In this document: in pieces, positions 37,421-42,569 of the stretch
How the letters are laid out: every line of letters starts with the position of its first letter
Position numbering within the stretch: position 1 is the stretch's first letter
NCBI GenBank assembly: GCA_026134085.1
Contig: JAOQIN010000013.1
Span: 1-42,569, forward strand
Reading direction: 5' to 3'
Length of the DNA stretch: 42,569 nt
Source of the DNA: Candidatus Methanoxibalbensis ujae
GTDB taxonomy: Archaea; Halobacteriota; Syntropharchaeia; Alkanophagales; Methanospirareceae
Position numbers and translations under genes: made by a program
The notes under the pieces: model-generated
What the model was told of the DNA's origin: nothing
The model's input: only the letters and a program-made list of their open reading frames with translations
Databases searched by the model: none

Positions 37421-38320
37421 CTAACGCTTGTTCAACTTTATCTCTATAATTTCATCAGATTCTTTCAATGCTTTCTCTGTGTTTCCGAAGTGTTTTCTCG
37501 CATTAAGGAAGATATTTTTGAATTTCTCCTCATCCCTATTCAGGACGGACGATGATAACATTTTTGCTGCTGCAATAAATTTTTCATGTATTTCCTTCAT
37601 ATCTAGGTTCATCTGAATATTGGCATATAATTCAGGATCCTGATGCAGTATCCTTCCGACGAAATCAGTGAATATTTCGTATAATGGACTCATTTCACGG
37701 GCGTGCTCAACATTGAAATTCAAATTTTGAAGCGTTATGCCGTAGGAGAGAAGCACAAAGTGGGAGAGCCCCTGAATAACAGCCATAGTCCTGTCATGCT
37801 CATCAGCTGACATGAATACGATTCTCGCACCTTTTCTCTCAAAAATATTTTCAATTTCATCACATAATTTCCCCCTTCTTCCGGAAATTTCAATGAATAT
37901 GACTGTTTGATTTCTTATACTTTTTGCAGTAGGTCCGAACATGGGATGAATACTCAGTATTTCAACATTATCTTTTGTGCATTCAAGCATTTTTCTGACT
38001 GGTTCTCGCTTGACAGATGTCAGATCCATGAGCAATGTTCCGTCTTTCATTCTTTTTCCGACTGCTTCAATGACATTGCATGTTATGTTTATGGGCACCG
38101 ATATTATGAGGACATCTGTATCCGTTATGTCTTCTGTTATGTCTGAGGGGCAGTGCTGGGAGAGTATATCCACATGCATGAAATCAACGCCGAGCGAGCT
38201 GGCTATTTCAGGTGTTTTCGCGCTCCTGTCCACGATTCTCACATCTGCGCCGTTCTGCTTGAAGAATTTTGCGAACCATCCCCCCATCGCTCCTGCGCCG
38301 CCTATGATTGTGACGAGCAT
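37421..38320 (-). CDS. tyrA: Prephenate dehydrogenase
   Basis: IIGGAGAMG, SVP, DLTSVK, HPMFGP and EHDRTMAVIQGLSH motifs. Confidence 0.9.
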   Translation of the reverse strand: MLVTIIGGAGAMGGWFAKFFKQNGADVRIVDRSAKTPEIASSLGVDFMHVDILSQHCPSDITEDITDTDVLIISVPINITCNVIEAVGKRMKDGTLLMDLTSVKREPVRKMLECTKDNVEILSIHPMFGPTAKSIRNQTVIFIEISGRRGKLCDEIENIFERKGARIVFMSADEHDRTMAVIQGLSHFVLLSYGITLQNLNFNVEHAREMSPLYEIFTDFVGRILHQDPELYANIQMNLDMKEIHEKFIAAAKMLSSSVLNRDEEKFKNIFLNARKHFGNTEKALKESDEIIEIKLNKR

Positions 38321-38366
38321 TTACTATGATTGAGATGAGTATTTATTTCAAGGCGAATGTTGAGAT

Positions 38367-39380
38367 ATGATTGTCACATTTTCAACGAATGTGTTTGTCG
38401 CTGTGACGAATGTGTGCAGGAATGCATGTGCATACTGCGGATTTCGCGCACGCTCTCCTGATGATGCATTTATCGTGCGTGTTGAAGATGTTGAAAGGCT
38501 TTTCGCTGAATGCAGGGGAGTTGCGACAGAAGCGCTTTTCTCAGCTGGAGAACGTCCTGAATGTGCTGTCGGATTTGATTTCAGGCGGATGATTGCGGAT
38601 GTATGTGGTGAAGAATGCTCGCTCGTTGAATATACCGTGATTCTCTGCGAGATAGCAATAAAACACGGACTGCTTCCTCACACAAACATAGGTGTCTTGA
38701 GCGAGCAGGAACTTATGAGGCTGAAGGATGTAAACGCCTCAATGGGTCTCATGCTTGAGACAGTTGCAGATATAGATGCGCACAGGAACTCACCCGGAAA
38801 GCATCCAAAGGAGCGATTGAGGACAATAGAACACGCAGGAAGACTTAAAATACCTTTCACAACGGGCATACTCGTGGGCATAGGCGAAGAAGAATCGGAC
38901 AGAATTGCATCGCTTGAGGCGATAGCGGCAATTCACAGAAAATTCGGACACATTCAGGAGGTCATCATACAGCCTTTCGCACCTAAGGCAAACACCCCAT
39001 TCGCCAATCGCAATCCACCGATGTTTGAGGAGGTGCTGCGCTGTGTGAAGTGGGCGAGGGAGATTCTGCCTGATGATGTCGCAATTCAGGCGCCCCCCAA
39101 CCTCATATCATCTGCTGCCGAACTTCGTGCGCTGATTGACGCAGGCGTCAGCGACCTCGGCGGTATATCAGCAAAAACTCACGACTATATAAATCCTGAA
39201 GCGCCGTGGCCATCAGAAAAAAATCTTCGCAGGATGATAGAACCGCATATACTCAGAGAACGCCTCCCAATATACCCAAAATTCATAAGAAAATGCTGGT
39301 TCAGCGATAAAATAAGACATCTCATTGAAAAATACGCGGATAGTGATGGCTTCAAACTGCCACAAAAAAAATCTCAGTGA
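38367..39380 (+). CDS. cofG: FO synthase subunit CofG
   Basis: VTFS.NVF...TNVCRNACAYCGF, LPHTN.G, NASMGLMLE, PFTTGILVGIGE, IQEVIIQPF, QAPPNL and DYINPEAPWP motifs. Confidence 0.95.
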   Translation: MIVTFSTNVFVAVTNVCRNACAYCGFRARSPDDAFIVRVEDVERLFAECRGVATEALFSAGERPECAVGFDFRRMIADVCGEECSLVEYTVILCEIAIKHGLLPHTNIGVLSEQELMRLKDVNASMGLMLETVADIDAHRNSPGKHPKERLRTIEHAGRLKIPFTTGILVGIGEEESDRIASLEAIAAIHRKFGHIQEVIIQPFAPKANTPFANRNPPMFEEVLRCVKWAREILPDDVAIQAPPNLISSAAELRALIDAGVSDLGGISAKTHDYINPEAPWPSEKNLRRMIEPHILRERLPIYPKFIRKCWFSDKIRHLIEKYADSDGFKLPQKKSQ

Positions 39381-39408
39381 ACCTCGCACGCTCATTTGAG
39401 ACATCACA

Positions 39409-40227
39409 TCAATCAGAATCCAGATTAAACCGCATTCCGTCTCTTGCTGCGATCACATTCACACCCGTCTCATCGCTCAGCCTTTTTGCGATCTCATCAG
39501 GATTATTGCGCAGCATTGTCATGCCGAAATGTGTCAAAATCGCAACTTTTGGCTTTGCTGCGCTTATTATCTCGCGAGCATCATCAACACATAGATGCAA
39601 AACTCCTTCTCTATGCCTGAACATTGCAACATTCATGACAATAATCTCGCCATTATAGCATTTTTCAATTCCTTCAAAGCGGAGCGTGTCACTGATAAAT
39701 GAGATTTTTGGTCGTTTTTTCCAGATTTCTTCCCCGTCATCATCGCTTATGTTTTTTATATACACATTCAGTCCATATGTTTCAACACCATGCACATGCA
39801 TTTTAGGTGTTTCCACACACACATTTCCAACAATATAGCGCCTTCCTTCACCCATCAGTTCTATTTTATCAACGAGAGAGCGACAATATCTCAGTATAAC
39901 GGGGTCACTATCGTCAGATACTGCATCCTTAGGGCAAATAACAATGCCTCTTCGCTTGAATCCTCCATCTGTCATCGCTTCTATCATCACATTCACATCG
40001 TTTGAATGATCCAAATGCTTGTGAGTAAGTATGATTGCGTTGAGGCTTGAGGGGTTTATCCGGGGTCTGCTCTTTGCAATCTTCACAAGCGTTCCGGGAC
40101 CTGGATCAATGAGGATGTTGGTCTCAGAAGTGCGAAGGAGTATGCCGGCTGACGAGCGCAGCTGCTTTATCATAACGAATCTCGCTCCGGCAGTGCCCAT
40201 GAAAATTATCTCGTCATGTGTCCTCAT
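39409..40227 (-). CDS. Metallo-beta-lactamase-fold hydrolase
   Basis: FMGTAGAR, IDPGPG, THKHLDH, HVHG, SDT, HL and LTHFG motifs. Start could extend to 40275 (ATGA overlap with the upstream gene). Confidence 0.85.
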   Translation of the reverse strand: MRTHDEIIFMGTAGARFVMIKQLRSSAGILLRTSETNILIDPGPGTLVKIAKSRPRINPSSLNAIILTHKHLDHSNDVNVMIEAMTDGGFKRRGIVICPKDAVSDDSDPVILRYCRSLVDKIELMGEGRRYIVGNVCVETPKMHVHGVETYGLNVYIKNISDDDGEEIWKKRPKISFISDTLRFEGIEKCYNGEIIVMNVAMFRHREGVLHLCVDDAREIISAAKPKVAILTHFGMTMLRNNPDEIAKRLSDETGVNVIAARDGMRFNLDSD

Positions 40228-40271
40228 ACTGCATTTTCTCCCGTATCCCTGATGGCAGCTGCTCATAGTGC

Positions 40272-41474
40272 TCATAGAAAATCCTCTCCACCGGCTCTGT
40301 GTCGTGATTTTCGCAGCGTTTCCCGGGTTCTCTCCTTTTCCTCCAATATCTTGCGCTCTATTTTGTCCTTCAGGCGCTCCATGACATCAATGGCACCGAA
40401 CCCCTCCTCATGCGCCGAGAGCACCGTGCCTGGTGCGAAAAACCGTATTCTGATGTTGAAATGCTCATCTGATGCGTCCGCCTCATTTGCCTTTATGCGC
40501 TTCAAGTGGACGACAAGCATACCTTCATCAAACATTTTCGCGAATTTCTCAGCCAAACTGTTGATATCGCGGCGTATATGAGACATTTGAAAGTCATCAA
40601 TGCCTTCATAATCGCCTGCGAACTGCACAATAACTTTGGCACGCTCTGTTTTTGATACATTCACGAAAGCTTCAAGCAGATCTCGCTTTGTTATGATTCC
40701 CCTGCATCTGTTGTGCTCCATTATGAGCACGCCTGATATATCCCTTTTGAGCATAAGGGAGACCACATCACGAATCCTCCCGTCAGGCGGCACGGATATA
40801 ACGGGATATGACATCACATATTTAACAGGCGTTGACAATGTTCGCACCTTCTCGCCTGAGAGCTCGCCTGATGTTGCGCGCTCCCGCGGCATGAGGAATC
40901 TTGTCACGATGTCATGCATGGTCAGCATTCCAACTACTTTCCCTCGCTCAATCACGGGAGCTCTTGATATCGCGTTCTCCCTGAACATTGCAAGTGCTTT
41001 GGCAACAGAGTCATCGGGATTCAGATATATGAGATTTGATGTCGCATATTCGCTCACCTTTTCATCTCCAAAATCACTGTCTTCAACAGCTGCTGAGAGC
41101 AGCGAGATGTCGCTGACTATCCCGACGAGATTTTCAGATGTCTCATCTTTTTTTCTGTTTCTCGCAGCGCCGCTGAACACAGGAACTATCTGGACATGAT
41201 TCTCAAACATCCATCGTGCGATGTCAACAAGTGAGGTGTCCTCGTGTGCTGCTGGCACATATCTGGTCAATGCGCCCACCTTCGTCCTTTTGGGGTCTGT
41301 TCTTGCACGGTATATCCATCGCTCAGAAAGCACTCCTGTGTATCTGCGGTCCCTGCTGAAAACGACAATCGCAGCTGGCTTCTGCTCGTCAAACACTGCT
41401 ATCGCTTTTGAGATGGGCTCATCATCCATCAATGACACAAATCGCTCGCTCATTATGTGTTTTGCGGACCTCAT
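40272..41474 (-). CDS. Four-CBS-domain protein with C-terminal HPF/RaiA-like domain (Hib-type ribosome hibernation factor candidate)
   Basis: Two CBS pairs (YTGVLSER, LVGIVSDI, VVGMLTMHDI, RGIITKRDLL), then a beta-alpha-beta-beta-beta-alpha tail ending ...DVMERLKDKIERKILEEK. Confidence 0.75.
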   Translation of the reverse strand: MRSAKHIMSERFVSLMDDEPISKAIAVFDEQKPAAIVVFSRDRRYTGVLSERWIYRARTDPKRTKVGALTRYVPAAHEDTSLVDIARWMFENHVQIVPVFSGAARNRKKDETSENLVGIVSDISLLSAAVEDSDFGDEKVSEYATSNLIYLNPDDSVAKALAMFRENAISRAPVIERGKVVGMLTMHDIVTRFLMPRERATSGELSGEKVRTLSTPVKYVMSYPVISVPPDGRIRDVVSLMLKRDISGVLIMEHNRCRGIITKRDLLEAFVNVSKTERAKVIVQFAGDYEGIDDFQMSHIRRDINSLAEKFAKMFDEGMLVVHLKRIKANEADASDEHFNIRIRFFAPGTVLSAHEEGFGAIDVMERLKDKIERKILEEKERTRETLRKSRHRAGGEDFL

Positions 41475-41638
41475 CTTCCATATGTTCCTGACCTGAACAT
41501 ATATGAGTTGATGGATTTCACCGTATGCTTGAAGTCTCAGGAGAGACATGTGACGCTTTTTGACCGCCTGGAACAGGTCTGCGACATTGGCATTTTTTAA
41601 TAAAAGTAGGCGGTATATTATATTCTCCATTCAGTTTT

Positions 41639-42330
41639 TCAGCGGCGTGAAAGAAGGTTATGTTGTATCATCGTCTTGATAATCAGTAAGCTTCTCTGTC
41701 TGCCTGTTCCATTTATGTATTCGGATTCGGCATATCCGCCTGTGCCCGGGCATGGACATGCAGTTTCTGCACGGTAATTGTTTGATTTGACTTTATTGTG
41801 CCTTTGTGTGTGTATGATATGCCCCAGGGCCGGTTCAAAATCTTTCACAACCTCAATAAGACCTGTAGCTGCAGAAACATTGGATATCCATATCGTCTCT
41901 TTTGAACCGGTTTTCCCTTCTTCATCACCTGTGTAACAGTTGCGAGAGTGATGTTCGTATCTTTTATTGAGGTCAACGCATTTCATCCAAACAGGAGGAA
42001 GTGAGTAGTTGGTGTGCAATGTCGCCCGTTCAGGGAGGTTCACTGATACGATTTCGGCTGTTTCTGGATTTGATAGTGAGACTGTGATTACTGTTGCTTT
42101 TGAACATCATTATGAAATATAAACAAAGAAGGAATCGGGTCAAGCATACTTAATAGAAATTAATCGGGTTGCCATCATCGTCCATTTTTGTAACTGTTGT
42201 GATGAAGCGGGCAATGATGAGTTTGAATGAAGAGTAGCCCAACCAGGGAAGCCAACTGAAATTATCTCAGCTACACTTGTGTTGGATGGAGTTCACTCAG
42301 CGTTATGTCATGGTAAGACTTCCCCGCTGA
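41639..42330 (-). pseudogene. Decayed cell-surface protein gene (two cohesin-like repeats plus a PCPGTGG domain)
   Basis: Fragments SNTSVAEIISVGFPGWATLHSNSSLP and ITVSLSNPETAEIVSVNLPE.ATLHTNYSLP..WMKCVDLN are mutual repeats. They are followed by TGPGAY..KGTIKSNQTITVQKL / PCPGTGGYAE across frameshifts. Confidence 0.65.
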
Positions 42331-42569
42331 GCCTGAAGAACGAATCCTCAAAAATATCTTCTTCTCTTGTAGCACTGCTTTATTATTATCTTGAGCAAAA
42401 CTTTTCATACTAAAATTGAAGAAATTTGATTCATGGGGGAGAAAGCAAATTTATGAAGTAATAAAGCACATGCCAGTTGCTGACAAAAGAATAAGCTGGA
42501 GAAGGACACAAGAGTTCTTAATTGCTTCATAAGATATCCTTACAGAGGAGAAGGCGTTGAGATTTTGTT

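Noticed and set aside
143..41496. Numerous 60-220 aa antisense or alternate-frame ORFs (e.g. 652..1125, 12191..12688, 14322..14975, 18013..18660, 32081..32581, 40636..41199)
   Set aside because: They overlap well-supported genes almost entirely and show no motifs, so they are shadow ORFs.
41475..41630. 52-aa N-terminal extension of the CBS protein
   Set aside because: It precedes the first CBS repeat and includes AT-rich promoter-like sequence (ttttttaataaaa). The start at 41474 fits the domain boundary better.

Overview
Archaeal chromosomal DNA. It carries aRF1, RpoL, Csl4, LonB, CofG, archaeal-type AlaS, a tRNA with a BHB intron and archaeosortase C. A decayed surface-protein gene at the right edge suggests a Methanomicrobia/ANME-1-related lineage (inference). 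1-10.1 kb (minus strand): an AT-rich surface-glycan modification operon (deacetylases, FemAB-like transferase, phosphodiesterase, DegT aminotransferase, DUF354, PIG-L deacetylase, ATP-grasp ligase). An upstream deacetylase gene is split by a 1560-bp IS200/IS605 element with IS608-type ends (TTAC target, TCAA right end), a dead tnpA and an intact TnpB with a rearranged RuvC site. The rest is mostly housekeeping: artC, htpX, traB, prf1, tRNA-Gly, rpoL, csl4, lonB with a mini-intein, purQ, a radical SAM/SPASM enzyme inside a decayed islet, DsrE-like, tmk, two pilin-like genes, a tandem-SIS protein, tRNA-Leu, pdaD, an AOR-family oxidoreductase, alaS, map, pncA-like, tyrA, cofG, an MBL hydrolase and a CBS-HPF protein. 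The most striking observation is a tRNA-Gly(CCC) that contains the rpoL stop codon, ends 2 nt before the aRF1 start codon and has C instead of U at position 33. Also notable are window-wide micro-duplications and micro-deletions, and a possible GMGT-synthase-like gene followed by a B12-radical-SAM remnant. No CRISPR array or rRNA gene was seen. All calls come from reading the sequence by eye; no searches were run.
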